IMG/VR virus record: IMGVR_UViG_3300046616_000175
Source of the DNA: an uncultured virus (IMG/VR IMGVR_UViG_3300046616_000175)
Taxonomy: Duplodnaviria; Heunggongvirae; Uroviricota; Caudoviricetes
Reading direction: 5' to 3' (one strand)
DNA: 64,000 nt
In this document: one piece after another, positions 18,357 through 27,742 of the stretch
How the letters are laid out: every line of letters starts with the position of its first letter
Position numbering within the stretch: position 1 is the stretch's first letter
Program-made: the position numbers and the translations under genes
Notes under the pieces: model-generated
Database searches by the model: none
Seen by the model: only the letters and a program-made list of their open reading frames with translations
Told to the model about the DNA's origin: nothing

Positions 18357-18474
18357 GGGTGAGGCGGGAATACCGCGCACCCCAATCGGTCAAGCGACCC
18401 TGTGGCGGACCGTGTACCCCCTCGACTGGCCAGCCTGCTCCCGTCCCTCTCCCGACGGTTGAGCGAGGCTGGCC
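18357..18474 (+). ncRNA. Conserved two-hairpin structured RNA (late leader)
   Basis: Covaries with 61077-61194; loop CCTCTCCC. Confidence 0.65.
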
Positions 18475-18478
18475 GCAT

Positions 18479-18563
18479 GCCGCATTAGCTCAGTCTGGTA
18501 GAGCGCCCCCGCCATGGGCCCATGGGTGTGGGGAAGTCCTTGGTTCAATTCCTGGATGCGGCA
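18479..18563 (+). ncRNA. tRNA-like RNA with expanded anticodon arm
   Basis: 7-bp acceptor, canonical D arm, T arm; about 12 extra nt with CCATGG-GC-CCATGG. Confidence 0.7.
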
Positions 18564-18625
18564 CGGAGCGTGAGACATATGCGGGGCATGCACTCCCCGG
18601 GCACTGGAAGACAGTGGCTCTTACG

Positions 18626-18699
18626 CAACGGCGAATAGCTCAAGGGTAGAGCGTCCGGCAAGGGCCGGAAGACTGCTGGTTCGATTCCGGCGCCGTCGA
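18626..18699 (+). ncRNA. tRNA-like RNA with shrunken anticodon loop
   Basis: TAGCTCAAGGGTAGAGC D arm, TCCGGC-AAGG-GCCGGA, GGTTCGATTCC. Confidence 0.65.
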
Positions 18700-18774
18700 C
18701 GGCGGATCCTGCGGAAACCCTTACTCCGCTCGGGTGGCGCAGGCCATGGTCGTAGTAGGCGACTCCCGCGATAA

Positions 18775-18843
18775 TGCCCTCAGCGTATGGAGCGCACTCC
18801 GGCTGCAAACTGGAGTGGTCGGGTTCAAGACCCGCGTTGGCAG
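18775..18843 (+). tRNA. Degenerate tRNA-Cys(GCA)-like
   Basis: Loop CTGCAAA in 5-bp stem, T loop TTCAAGA, mismatched acceptor. Confidence 0.5.
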
Positions 18844-18962
18844 CGTAGGTGCAAAGACGACCCCTTGACCGGGGCTCCTCAGTCTCCGCGCACCTTGGGT
18901 GAAACCGGCCCTGCCTCCCTGGCTAGTCACCAGCGGAGCGGGCGGCGAGTAACCCTAAATCT

Positions 18963-19026
18963 TGCTTCGCGCGTGAGTTGGTGGACTCAGGTCATGGCTC
19001 CGGTTCGATGCCGGGCGTGCGAAGCA
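18963..19026 (+). ncRNA. tRNA-like RNA lacking an anticodon arm
   Basis: 11-bp closing stem, TGAGT-TGGTGG-ACTCA arm, TCCGG-TTCGATG-CCGGG arm. Confidence 0.6.
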
Positions 19027-19031
19027 GAATC

Positions 19032-19094
19032 TTCCCGCTGGTGTAAGCAGCACACCCCGTCAAGGGGAAGTCCGGCACGCAATCCGGGCGGGTC
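19032..19094 (+). ncRNA. Degenerate tRNA-like RNA with 5-nt anticodon loop
   Basis: CCCGC/GCGGG, TGGTGTAAGCAGCAC D arm, CCCC-GTCAA-GGGG, CCGG/CCGG arm. Confidence 0.5.
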
Positions 19095-19098
19095 GCCA

Positions 19099-19171
19099 TG
19101 GCATGTAGCTCAATCGGTAGAGCGCCGGATTGTTAATCCGGGTGTTGCTGGTTCGAATCCAGCCGTGCCAG
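19099..19171 (+). tRNA. tRNA-Asn(GTT)
   Basis: Canonical cloverleaf, loop TTGTTAA; CCA not encoded. Confidence 0.92.
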
Positions 19172-19205
19172 CAAGCGAGTAAATTTACCCGCCACGATCG
19201 GAGGC

Positions 19206-19493
19206 TTGATGGCTGCCTGTGAAGCATGCGGATCGTCTGCTCTGGTCCAGTGGCGACGGCGCCCTAGCGAAGCTGAGCTAGAGGCAATTCCCGGCGAACC
19301 GGATCCGCAAAGCACCATGGCCGTTTATGCGTGCGGTTCGCATGCTATTACTGCTGACCTTGCTTCGCTGGTTCATGGCGCTGCCTGTAGTGGTCCGGCG
19401 TCTAATGCGCTGCCGAATTGCGATTGCACGCCCGAGCCTAGGCCGGAGCCTGCTCCTGATCCTGTGGCTTCCCTGCTGCCCCCTGGGTGGTAG
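19206..19493 (+). CDS. Cys-rich hypothetical protein
   Basis: RBS GGAGG; CxxC, CxC motifs. Confidence 0.6.
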   Translation: MMAACEACGSSALVQWRRRPSEAELEAIPGEPDPQSTMAVYACGSHAITADLASLVHGAACSGPASNALPNCDCTPEPRPEPAPDPVASLLPPGW

Positions 19494-19495
19494 GG

Positions 19496-19834
19496 GTGGC
19501 TAGGCGACCGTGCCTTAAGTGTGGGCGGCTGACTGCTAACGCATCACGCTGTGATGTACATCAGGCTGAGTACATGGCCCAGCGCAATGCGGTACGTGGC
19601 AGTGCTCACCAGCGTGGCTACACCAGTAGGTACAGAGCAGTAGCAGGCAGTGTGGTAGCAGAGCATCGAGGCAGGCATGGTGACTGGTGTCCGGGGCACG
19701 GGGTCCCGGCGCACGCGAGTAGGGATCTCACTGTGGATCACGTCGTGCCGCTGGCCAAGGGTGGCACTCACGACCGTGCCAACCTCACCGTGCTGTGTCG
19801 CGGCTGCAATTCGCGGAAGCGTGACAGGGCGTAA
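19496..19834 (+). CDS. Packaging-associated HNH endonuclease
   Basis: RGY, DHVVPLAKGG, LCRGCNSRK; immediately before cos/terS. Confidence 0.9.
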   Translation: MARRPCLKCGRLTANASRCDVHQAEYMAQRNAVRGSAHQRGYTSRYRAVAGSVVAEHRGRHGDWCPGHGVPAHASRDLTVDHVVPLAKGGTHDRANLTVLCRGCNSRKRDRA

Positions 19835-19914
19835 GCGTTAGCGCTGCTGGCCTGCCTCGCTGTGACTGCATGGACATGCATCCTCGCTCGACCTGCCTTG
19901 CATATGTATGCATA

Positions 19915-19970
19915 GGGGGGCGGGGTAAATCTCCAGAGCATGATCCTTCCCGGACCCGGCCCCCATGGCT
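19915..19970. other. Candidate cos site
   Basis: G-run, then CCCGGCCCCC (19955-19964), between HNH and terS. Confidence 0.45.
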
Positions 19971-20059
19971 CCGCGCATCGCTGCGAAATTCTGACCCCCG
20001 GGGTCTGGTCCTTTTACGCGCCGGAAGCGCATGAATACGCAGAAATCGGGGGTGGCCGC

Positions 20060-20527
20060 ATGCCTGCTGGTCGTCCGCCGGTGCCTGCGGAGCGTAAGCG
20101 CAAACTCGGCAACCCTGGCGCGCGCCCTCTGCCCGATGCTGGCTCGGTTCACGCCGTGCAGCCCGTTACGCAGAGTGCGCCCGCGCAGCTCGGTTCCGCT
20201 GGCGCTGAGATGTTCCGCCGGATCGTCGACGGCGCTGCCTGGCTGGCCGAGACCGATAAGCCAACGCTCGAATTGCTCTGCGAAAAGGTCGACCGCCGCG
20301 AGGCGATGAAAGCCCAGCTGTCGCGCAGCGAGCTAGTCCTCTTCACGGACAAAATGTACGCGTACCCCAACCCGCTGGTCGGCATGCTCTCGACGATCGA
20401 AACCGAGATTGCCAAGCTATTCAGCGCGCTGGGGCTCACGCCGACTGACCGCACCCGTATGGGGCTCGCGGAGGTTAAGGCGCGGAACGCGTTTGAAGAC
20501 TTCCTAGCCAAAAAGGCAGGGCAGTAA
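20060..20527 (+). CDS. terS: Terminase small subunit (P27 family)
   Basis: GRPP, GNPG.RPL, NP, LGLTP.DR. Confidence 0.9.
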   Translation: MPAGRPPVPAERKRKLGNPGARPLPDAGSVHAVQPVTQSAPAQLGSAGAEMFRRIVDGAAWLAETDKPTLELLCEKVDRREAMKAQLSRSELVLFTDKMYAYPNPLVGMLSTIETEIAKLFSALGLTPTDRTRMGLAEVKARNAFEDFLAKKAGQ

Positions 20528-20548
20528 ATTTACGACCCTGGGGGACGC

Positions 20549-20743
20549 ATGCGCTGTTGGTTCCGCAGGCTACTGCACAGGGCACACATTCGCCGCTCTC
20601 CCTCGCTGGCGCTGCTGGACGCGGTAAAGGACATCGACTGGTCCGACATCGCCGATGCAATGGCCGTGTACGAGACTGCCTTCCGCGTGGAAGATGGCCC
20701 GGCGATCCTGGCGTGGTACGAGGCTCGGGAGGCTCGCGGGTGA
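20549..20743 (+). CDS. Hypothetical protein between terS and terL
   Basis: GTGA overlap with terL. Confidence 0.55.
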   Translation: MRCWFRRLLHRAHIRRSPSLALLDAVKDIDWSDIADAMAVYETAFRVEDGPAILAWYEAREARG

Positions 20744-22254
20744 GCACTCCCTATCTGCTCACGCCAGTGCCTCCGGCGGACATCGAGCGTGGCGACGGTG
20801 ACAGCTTCGTTGGCTTCGCTGAAAGCTTCCTGCGCATCACCAAGGATTCCGTCGGCGGCGACAGCGGCTCTCTGCTGGTCTTCCGGGAGTGGCAGCGGGA
20901 ACTCATGCGCCAACTGTTCGCGAGGCGCCCGGACGGCCGTTACAGGCACCGTCAGGCGCTCATTGGCATGCCGCGTAAGAATGGTAAGTCGGCAGTCGGC
21001 GCGGCCATCGCCATTTATGGGCTGGTTTCCGGTCCGCGCGGTGGCGAGGTCTATTCGATCGCTGCCGACAAGGAACAGGCGCGCATCGTTTTCGGTACGG
21101 CCAAGAAAATGATCGAGATGGCGCCGGAGATGGCGAACTCTTTCAATGTCTACCGGGACGCCATCGAGCTACCGGCGACCGGGTCCGTTTACCGCGTGCT
21201 GTCGGCGGAAGCCTTCACCAAGGAAGGTCTTAACCCTCACCTGACGATCGCCGATGAGGTTCACGCACAGCCGACCCGTGAGCTCTGGGACGTCATGTCG
21301 CTGGCTTCTGGCGCCCGTGTCGAGCCGATGATGATCGGCATCACTACCGCTGGCGTGAAGACTGACTCGACCGGCGGCGATTCGCTGTGCTATGGCATGT
21401 ACCAGTATGGCGAGAAGATCGTTCGGGGCGAGATCGACGATCCCGCATTCTTCTTTTCTTGGTGGGGTGCGCCGGAAGGTGCCGATCATCGAGACCCGGC
21501 GGTATGGGCCAGTGCCAATCCTGGTTTCAACGACATTGTCTCCGCCGAGGATTTCCACTCATCGGTTCTCCGAACCCCGGAGGCGGAGTACCGAACCAAG
21601 CGACTCAACCAGTGGGTGTCAACGGCGCAAGCCTGGCTGCCTGCTGGCGCATGGGACGAGTGCGAGGCTGGCCAGCCGATACCGGACGGCGCCGATGTGG
21701 TGCTCGGTTTCGATGGCTCGTTTAACAACGACTCGACGGCGCTGGTAGTGGTCTCTTGCCCACAGGGCGAGGATGACAAGCCGTATGTCGACGTCGTGGC
21801 GGCATGGGAAAAACCGTCCGACGCGGGCAATGAGTGGTCGGTCCCGATTTTCGATGTTGAGGACGAAATCCGTAAGGCTTGCCGACGCTGGCAGGTGAGG
21901 GAGATTGTCTGTGACCCGTTCCGCTGGGCTCGCACCTATCAGATTTTGGAGGCCGAGGGGCTTCCGATTGTGGAGTTCCCGCAGTCTCCCGCGCGAATGG
22001 TTCCGGCGACGCAGCGTTTCTACGAGGCGGTACTCAATAAGACTGTCGAGCACTCCGGCGACCCGCGTCTAGCGCGCCATCTGTCGAACTGTGTGCTTCG
22101 CACGGACTCTCGCGGCTCGCGGCTGTCCAAGGACGCTAAGGGTTCGCCTCGCAAAATCGACCTTGCCGTTTCCGCTGTCATGGCGCTGGAGCGTGCTTGC
22201 CAGGAACCGGAGGCCGAACCCATACCCCAATTCTTCAGTTGGGCTGATCTGTAA
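20740..22254 (+). CDS. terL: Terminase large subunit
   Basis: PRKNGKS, DEVH, ITTAG, GFDGS, KIDLAV. Confidence 0.95.
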   Translation: MSTPYLLTPVPPADIERGDGDSFVGFAESFLRITKDSVGGDSGSLLVFREWQRELMRQLFARRPDGRYRHRQALIGMPRKNGKSAVGAAIAIYGLVSGPRGGEVYSIAADKEQARIVFGTAKKMIEMAPEMANSFNVYRDAIELPATGSVYRVLSAEAFTKEGLNPHLTIADEVHAQPTRELWDVMSLASGARVEPMMIGITTAGVKTDSTGGDSLCYGMYQYGEKIVRGEIDDPAFFFSWWGAPEGADHRDPAVWASANPGFNDIVSAEDFHSSVLRTPEAEYRTKRLNQWVSTAQAWLPAGAWDECEAGQPIPDGADVVLGFDGSFNNDSTALVVVSCPQGEDDKPYVDVVAAWEKPSDAGNEWSVPIFDVEDEIRKACRRWQVREIVCDPFRWARTYQILEAEGLPIVEFPQSPARMVPATQRFYEAVLNKTVEHSGDPRLARHLSNCVLRTDSRGSRLSKDAKGSPRKIDLAVSAVMALERACQEPEAEPIPQFFSWADL

Positions 22255-22264
22255 GGGACCGAAT

Positions 22265-22426
22265 ATGAGGCGACCCAATCGGCGCACGGTGGCCGAGCTT
22301 GCCGACGTTCTAGGTATCGGGGCACTTGTCGGCGCCGGTTGGGTGTGGAGTTCCATTCTCGGTCTGGCGCTGGCTGGCGTTGGCCTACTGGTGATTGGCG
22401 CGGTGGTCGACAATGAGCATGCTTAA
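22265..22426 (+). CDS. Small membrane protein
   Basis: Two hydrophobic segments, between terL and portal. Confidence 0.65.
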   Translation: MRRPNRRTVAELADVLGIGALVGAGWVWSSILGLALAGVGLLVIGAVVDNEHA

Positions 22427-23663
22427 GCGTGCGGCTGGCTCCGCGAAGCGTTTCTATGCGCCGTCCGGTGCTGGCGACCCGTGGGCGATTCCGTCGAATG
22501 GCTCGCTCGCTGGCTACACAGCATCTGGCGTTCCGGTGAACGATGAGACGGCTATGCAACTTATGGCTGTGTCAGCGTGTGTCCGGCTGCTCAGCGATGC
22601 GGTAAGCGGGCTCCCGCTCGATGCGGTGCGTGCCAAGGGGGAGATCCGGGAAACCATCGAGCCTCCGCCCGGCATCATCGCCGACCCGTTTGGCCGTGCA
22701 GCGTCGAATGCTCGACCTACGCGCCGTGAGGGGTTGGCGCAATTGATGGTGTCGCTATTGCTGCGGGGCAACGCGTACTGTCTGGTGATCGGGTGGGACC
22801 CCTACGGGCGGCCGACCATGCTCCGCGTGCTGCACCCGGACCGCGTGGATTGCGAGTTTGACGCGGAGGGGCAGCGGGCGTACAAGATCGATCGCCAGCC
22901 GGTTGACGCTCAAAGCGTTGTGCATATCCGGGGCATGAGCCTTCCGGAGTCGCCCACCGGCATGAGTGTGATTTCGTACGCGCGGCAGTCCATCGGGCTC
23001 GGTCTCGCTGCGGAGGAATTCGGCGCGAGGTTCTTCGGCGAAGGCGCGCACATGACTGGCGTTGTCGAGATCGAGGCTGACCTAGACATCGAACGCGCGC
23101 GGGGCATCAAAGAGAATTTCTCTGCCTCGCACGCTGGTCTCAAGAACTCTCACACGGTCGGCGTGCTCACTGGCGGTGCTAAGTGGAAGCCAATCAGCGT
23201 CACGCCGGAAGATGCTCAGTTCCTCGGTACGCGTGCCGCGCAGAATCTCGACATTGCCATGTTGTTCGGCGTGCCGCCGCACATGCTTGGCCAGGTCGAC
23301 AAGACAACCTCTTGGGGTACGGGCATCGAGCAGCAGGGCCTAGGGTTCCTGGCTTACACGCTGTCGGCGTGGCTGGGCCGTTTCGAGGATGCTTGGTCAT
23401 GCATGTTGCCGCGCACTCAGACCGCCGTTTTCAATGCTGACGCGCTACTGCGCACGGACACGGCCGGTAGGTACGCGGTCTATACGGCAGCGCGCTCGAC
23501 CGGAATTCTCACCACCAACGAGATTCGTGCGCTGGAGAACTATGCGCCGGTTGATGGTGGCGACAATATCGCTGCTCCGCTTAATTCGTCGGCGCCAAAG
23601 ATGAAAGACAACGAAGCGTCACCAACGGCGCCGAAGGCAGATGCATTGGGGGCCGTACTGTGA
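22413..23663 (+). CDS. HK97-family portal protein
   Basis: LLLRGNAY, LHPDRV, DAQFL, FGVPP, NEIRALEN. Confidence 0.93.
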   Translation: MSMLKRAAGSAKRFYAPSGAGDPWAIPSNGSLAGYTASGVPVNDETAMQLMAVSACVRLLSDAVSGLPLDAVRAKGEIRETIEPPPGIIADPFGRAASNARPTRREGLAQLMVSLLLRGNAYCLVIGWDPYGRPTMLRVLHPDRVDCEFDAEGQRAYKIDRQPVDAQSVVHIRGMSLPESPTGMSVISYARQSIGLGLAAEEFGARFFGEGAHMTGVVEIEADLDIERARGIKENFSASHAGLKNSHTVGVLTGGAKWKPISVTPEDAQFLGTRAAQNLDIAMLFGVPPHMLGQVDKTTSWGTGIEQQGLGFLAYTLSAWLGRFEDAWSCMLPRTQTAVFNADALLRTDTAGRYAVYTAARSTGILTTNEIRALENYAPVDGGDNIAAPLNSSAPKMKDNEASPTAPKADALGAVL

Positions 23664-24376
23664 CCGACCTTTCTAGCCGTAGTCAGCGGCGTAACGTCCG
23701 TGAGGACCGCAACCGGCCCTTTGAGGGTATGGAGCTACGCGAGGTGGACAACGGCTCCGGGGGCACGACCCTACGGTTTACCGGGTACGCCAGCGTGACG
23801 GAAACGCCGTACGAAATGACTGACTGGCTGGGTGACTATTCCGAGGTTATCCGGCGCGGCTCGTTTTCCAAGACTCTCGCTGAGGGCGCGGATGTCCCGT
23901 TCAAGCTCAACCACGATGGTATGACGCTGGCGCGGACCAAGAGCGGCACTATGCGGCTGGCCGAGGATTCCACGGGGCTGCACGTCGAGGCTGACCTAGA
24001 CCCGCGCAACGGGCAAGTTGCCGACATTCGCAGCGCGATGGACCGGGGTGACCTCGATGAGATGTCATTTGCGTTCCGCGTGACCCGTCAGGAGTGGTCT
24101 CCCGACTGGACGCAGCGAGACATTACCGAGGTGAACCTCAACAAGGGGGATGTCTCGATCGTCAACTACGGTGCCAACCCACACACGGCGGGGCTCACCT
24201 CGCTACGGTCCGCACTGACTGACGGGACACTCTCCCGTGGTCGACTTGAGGAAATGCTCCGCGCTGCTGGCTATGAGCTTGCGCCGGAGGTTGACGGCAT
24301 GCATGCCGTTGATGATGCCAAGCGCAGCGAGGATCTTTCGCTGTATGAGGCGCGACTCCGCGCGCTCAATCTCTAA
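23660..24376 (+). CDS. Prohead protease (HK97 family)
   Basis: FTGYASV, LNHD, MSFAF, VSIV. Confidence 0.92.
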   Translation: MTDLSSRSQRRNVREDRNRPFEGMELREVDNGSGGTTLRFTGYASVTETPYEMTDWLGDYSEVIRRGSFSKTLAEGADVPFKLNHDGMTLARTKSGTMRLAEDSTGLHVEADLDPRNGQVADIRSAMDRGDLDEMSFAFRVTRQEWSPDWTQRDITEVNLNKGDVSIVNYGANPHTAGLTSLRSALTDGTLSRGRLEEMLRAAGYELAPEVDGMHAVDDAKRSEDLSLYEARLRALNL

Positions 24377-24528
24377 CCTTCGCTAGTGGGTAAATTTACC
24401 CGCTGGCTGCCCGCCCGGTTTACGCCGGAGCCTACGCCGGATCCCTTGCTACACGGGACACCACCTAGGCCACCACCTAACGCAAGTGGTGGGCGATTCG
24501 CAAGAATCCACCCTAGGAAAGGTCCCTA

Positions 24529-25872
24529 ATGGATAAGCGTTCCCTTATTGCTGATCTCGTGGCCAAGCGTTCCGTCGAGCGCACCAAGCTGGACGGCATT
24601 CTCGGTGAGGCTCGCGGCACTGGCAGCGGTGATCTCACCGAGGACCAGCGTTCGGCCTTCGATGCTGGCGAGACTGAGATTCGCGCGCTCGATGAGCGTA
24701 TTGCCGAGCTTGACGCGCAGGTCCGCGCCGATGAGGCGGCGAAGGAAATCGAAAAGCGTTACGCGCCGAAGGCTGGCGATGGTGTCCAGTCGGAGCCGGA
24801 GATCTACCGCTCTGGTCTCGGCGGTAACTCATACTTCCGCGACATGTGGAATTCGCGCCAGAACGGCGACACTGCCGCGATGGATCGTCTGGTCCGCAAC
24901 AACCGGGGCCGTGCAGCTGAGCAGCGTGCGCTTACCACGGTTAACGGCGCTGGTGGCGAATTCGTGCCGCCTCTGTGGCTTGAGCGGGAATTCGTTCGCC
25001 TCGCGCGTCCGGGCCGCATTACCGCGAACCTGGTCCCGACCAGTGCGCTTCCGGCGGGGACCGACTCGATTAACGTCCCGAAGGTTTCGACCGGTACGGC
25101 CGTCGCGGTGCAGGGTACCCAGAACACTGCGGTGCAGAATACCGACCTTGCCACCACGTCGATTTCGTCCACTGTGACGACTATCGCGGGTGGCCAGACC
25201 GTGTCTCTCCAGCTCATCGAGCAGAGCCCCCTGAACGTCGACGACGTGATCCTGTCCGATCTCGCTGGCGCCTATGCCCAGCAGTACAACACGCTGATTC
25301 TGTCTGGCTCCGGCACCGGTGGTAACCCCACTGGCATGCTGACGCTGGCTGGCACGAACGCGATCACGTACACGTCTGGCTCGCCGACTGTCGCGCTTCT
25401 GTACTCGCAGATTGCGAACGCGATCCAGACCGTGCACACAAACCGATTCCTGCCGCCGGACACGATCATCATGCATCCGCGCCGGTGGGCTTACCTGCTG
25501 GCCGCGTCTGACACCACTGGCCGCCCGCTGGTGACTCCGTCGGCGAACTCTCCGATGAACGCCGTTGGCAATCAGGGGGATGTCGCGTCTCAGGGTTACG
25601 TGGGCACCATTCAGGGCCTGCCGGTCTACGTCGATTCGCTGCTTCCGACCAACCTCGGCGCTGGTACCAACCAGGACCCGATCATCGTTGCTCGCATGGC
25701 TGACCTCATGGCGTGGGAGGGCAACGTCAAGGCAGAGGCCTTCCCTCAGACGTACGCGAACCAGCTGTCTGTGTTCGTCCGGCTGTACAACTACATGTCC
25801 TTCCAGCCTGCTCGGTACCCGAAGTCGATCTCGGTCATCAACGGCACGGGTCTCGTTGCCCCGACCTTCTAG
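24529..25872 (+). CDS. Major capsid protein
   Basis: N-terminal coiled-coil scaffold, GGEFVPP, IIMHP, GLPV. Confidence 0.92.
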   Translation: MDKRSLIADLVAKRSVERTKLDGILGEARGTGSGDLTEDQRSAFDAGETEIRALDERIAELDAQVRADEAAKEIEKRYAPKAGDGVQSEPEIYRSGLGGNSYFRDMWNSRQNGDTAAMDRLVRNNRGRAAEQRALTTVNGAGGEFVPPLWLEREFVRLARPGRITANLVPTSALPAGTDSINVPKVSTGTAVAVQGTQNTAVQNTDLATTSISSTVTTIAGGQTVSLQLIEQSPLNVDDVILSDLAGAYAQQYNTLILSGSGTGGNPTGMLTLAGTNAITYTSGSPTVALLYSQIANAIQTVHTNRFLPPDTIIMHPRRWAYLLAASDTTGRPLVTPSANSPMNAVGNQGDVASQGYVGTIQGLPVYVDSLLPTNLGAGTNQDPIIVARMADLMAWEGNVKAEAFPQTYANQLSVFVRLYNYMSFQPARYPKSISVINGTGLVAPTF

Positions 25873-25948
25873 TCTGACGACCCCGTGACGGTCGGGGGTG
25901 GGTCGTAAATTTACTACCTGCCTCCGGCCGTTTGGCTGAGAGGAATTC

Positions 25949-26197
25949 ATGAACCCCATCAATTACGCGAACGGTCTCGTGACCGAGCTTGGTTTCGCGC
26001 GGCAGGACAAGGATAAGGGTCGCGAGGCTGGCGTACGCGAACAGCTCACGTGGGTTGCTGGCGAGCTAGGCAAGGTCGAGCCCCTCGGCGACGACACCAG
26101 GACGTTCCTGGAAGATGCCGTGTCTGCCGTGGCCGATGCGCTGGCCAACAAGCCTAAGCGGGCTCCTAAGTCTGCCGTTGACGCACCTACGGAGTAG
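25949..26197 (+). CDS. Hypothetical protein
   Basis: RBS GAGAGG, follows capsid gene. Confidence 0.7.
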   Translation: MNPINYANGLVTELGFARQDKDKGREAGVREQLTWVAGELGKVEPLGDDTRTFLEDAVSAVADALANKPKRAPKSAVDAPTE

Positions 26198-26202
26198 CCA
26201 TC

Positions 26203-27093
26203 ATGCCGCTGATCTACTTCACTGGGCAGGATGTAGCGCTTACAGCTAACCCGCTCGACGACAGCGGCAGCCCCGTGCAAGGCGCTGTGAGCGTCTCTCT
26301 GGCCGTCACAGACCCGGCCGGGGCCGTCACCTCACCCGTGACCTCTGGGCCCGTCTCAGGGGCGTACACGGCCGTCGTGCCTAGCGTGGCAACCGCCGGT
26401 ATCTGGCTGGCTCGCTGGACGGCTACCGGCACGGGCGTGCGCTGGGTTTCTGAGACTCAGTTCCAAGTGCGCGCCGCAGGCGTCGAGCAACTCGTGGACC
26501 TCCCGAGCGTCAAGGCTCACCTGAACATCCCACCCAACGACACTCGCCAGGATGACGAACTACAGGGTTTCATCCTCGCTGCGGCGGAGATTGCCCGTAA
26601 TCACTGTGGCCCGTTCGTCCCTGAAACGCACACGCAGTATTTCGACGGCGGGCGCTCGACGATCGTTCCGGATTTCACCCCGATCACCAGCGTTCTCAGC
26701 GCCACGGAGTATTACGGGCTTTCGGCCTTTCCGCTGACTGAGCAACCGCTGAGCGGGCAGGTGAGCGCGTTTGGGTTCACTGTCGACTACGCCACGGGGC
26801 AGATCACCCGGCGGACGTTCGGGGGCGAGGCGGCGATTTTCGCCTATGGCTCCAAGAACATCAAGGTCGTGTACACGGCCGGTCGCGCTGGCGCCGTCCC
26901 ATGGTCCGCGAGACTCGGCGTGCTCGAACTCATCCGACACCTGTGGCAGATGACTCAACAGGGCGGTGGTCGGCCCAAATTCAACGGCGGCGGCTATGAC
27001 GGCGGGGAAGGCATGGTGCCTACTGGCTTCGCCATTCCGTCCCGCGTGCTGGAGCTGTGGCAGCCGTACTACCGGGGACCGGGGATCGCATGA
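26203..27093 (+). CDS. Head-tail adaptor with N-terminal beta-rich extension
   Basis: VKAHLNI...DDEL, VYTAG; position. Confidence 0.7.
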   Translation: MPLIYFTGQDVALTANPLDDSGSPVQGAVSVSLAVTDPAGAVTSPVTSGPVSGAYTAVVPSVATAGIWLARWTATGTGVRWVSETQFQVRAAGVEQLVDLPSVKAHLNIPPNDTRQDDELQGFILAAAEIARNHCGPFVPETHTQYFDGGRSTIVPDFTPITSVLSATEYYGLSAFPLTEQPLSGQVSAFGFTVDYATGQITRRTFGGEAAIFAYGSKNIKVVYTAGRAGAVPWSARLGVLELIRHLWQMTQQGGGRPKFNGGGYDGGEGMVPTGFAIPSRVLELWQPYYRGPGIA

Positions 27094-27557
27094 GTATCCC
27101 TAGCTCGACGGCGCCAGCGGTTCGGCAGTGGCTCTTCGACCAGTTCACCGCGAGCCTCGCGCCCGACCCGGTGAACACTCATGCCTCCCTGCTGGTGTGT
27201 TTCGACCAGCCCGGGCCGAATGAGCCTGACGACATTGTGGCCGTCGGCAAGGTGCGGCGACAGCTACATGTCGCGGCCATGGTCGGCGGCGGTGGCGCTG
27301 GCTGGCTCGATGAGGCATACACGGTCGAAATCGTCATTGACGTGTTCCGGGGCGCCGACAGCGGCCAAGTGGCTTACTCCCGCGCAATGGACCTGGCTAA
27401 CGCCGTGGTCGCCATCGTGCGCGCTGATCTGACGCTTGGTGGCCACGTAATCCGCGCGCTGCCCAAGGGTGATGACGCGGAGGTTGGCTGGGATACCGAG
27501 CACGGCGGAAAGCTCGCGACGGTAACTGTCGAAATCGAATGCGTTACGAGGATTTGA
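27090..27557 (+). CDS. Neck or tail terminator-like protein
   Basis: Position before major tail gene. Confidence 0.55.
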   Translation: MSIPSSTAPAVRQWLFDQFTASLAPDPVNTHASLLVCFDQPGPNEPDDIVAVGKVRRQLHVAAMVGGGGAGWLDEAYTVEIVIDVFRGADSGQVAYSRAMDLANAVVAIVRADLTLGGHVIRALPKGDDAEVGWDTEHGGKLATVTVEIECVTRI

Positions 27558-27742
27558 TGCCTGACTTCACTTACAGCGGCGAGGACGTCCGCTATTACCC
27601 GTCACTCTCGCTGAGCGTTGCTCCGGGCGACACGGTGACTCTTGATTCCGACCCTGGTGACGGCCGTTTCATCGCCAAGGGTTCCCGCAAGTCCGTTCCG
27701 GCTCCGGCGCCGACGGATGACACTCCGGAGGTTGGCCAGTAA
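27557..27742 (+). CDS. Hypothetical protein
   Basis: TGATG and TAATG coupling. Confidence 0.65.
   Translation: MPDFTYSGEDVRYYPSLSLSVAPGDTVTLDSDPGDGRFIAKGSRKSVPAPAPTDDTPEVGQ

Noticed and set aside
18428..18474. HDV-like or theta ribozyme
   Set aside because: Superficial resemblance only; 11 nt separate the would-be P3 and P1 strands, no P4/J4-2 seen, and phage B supports a simple hairpin
20557..20739. N-terminal extension of terL given by the ORF track
   Set aside because: Better start is GTG 20740 with RBS GGGAGG; the upstream part overlaps another ORF
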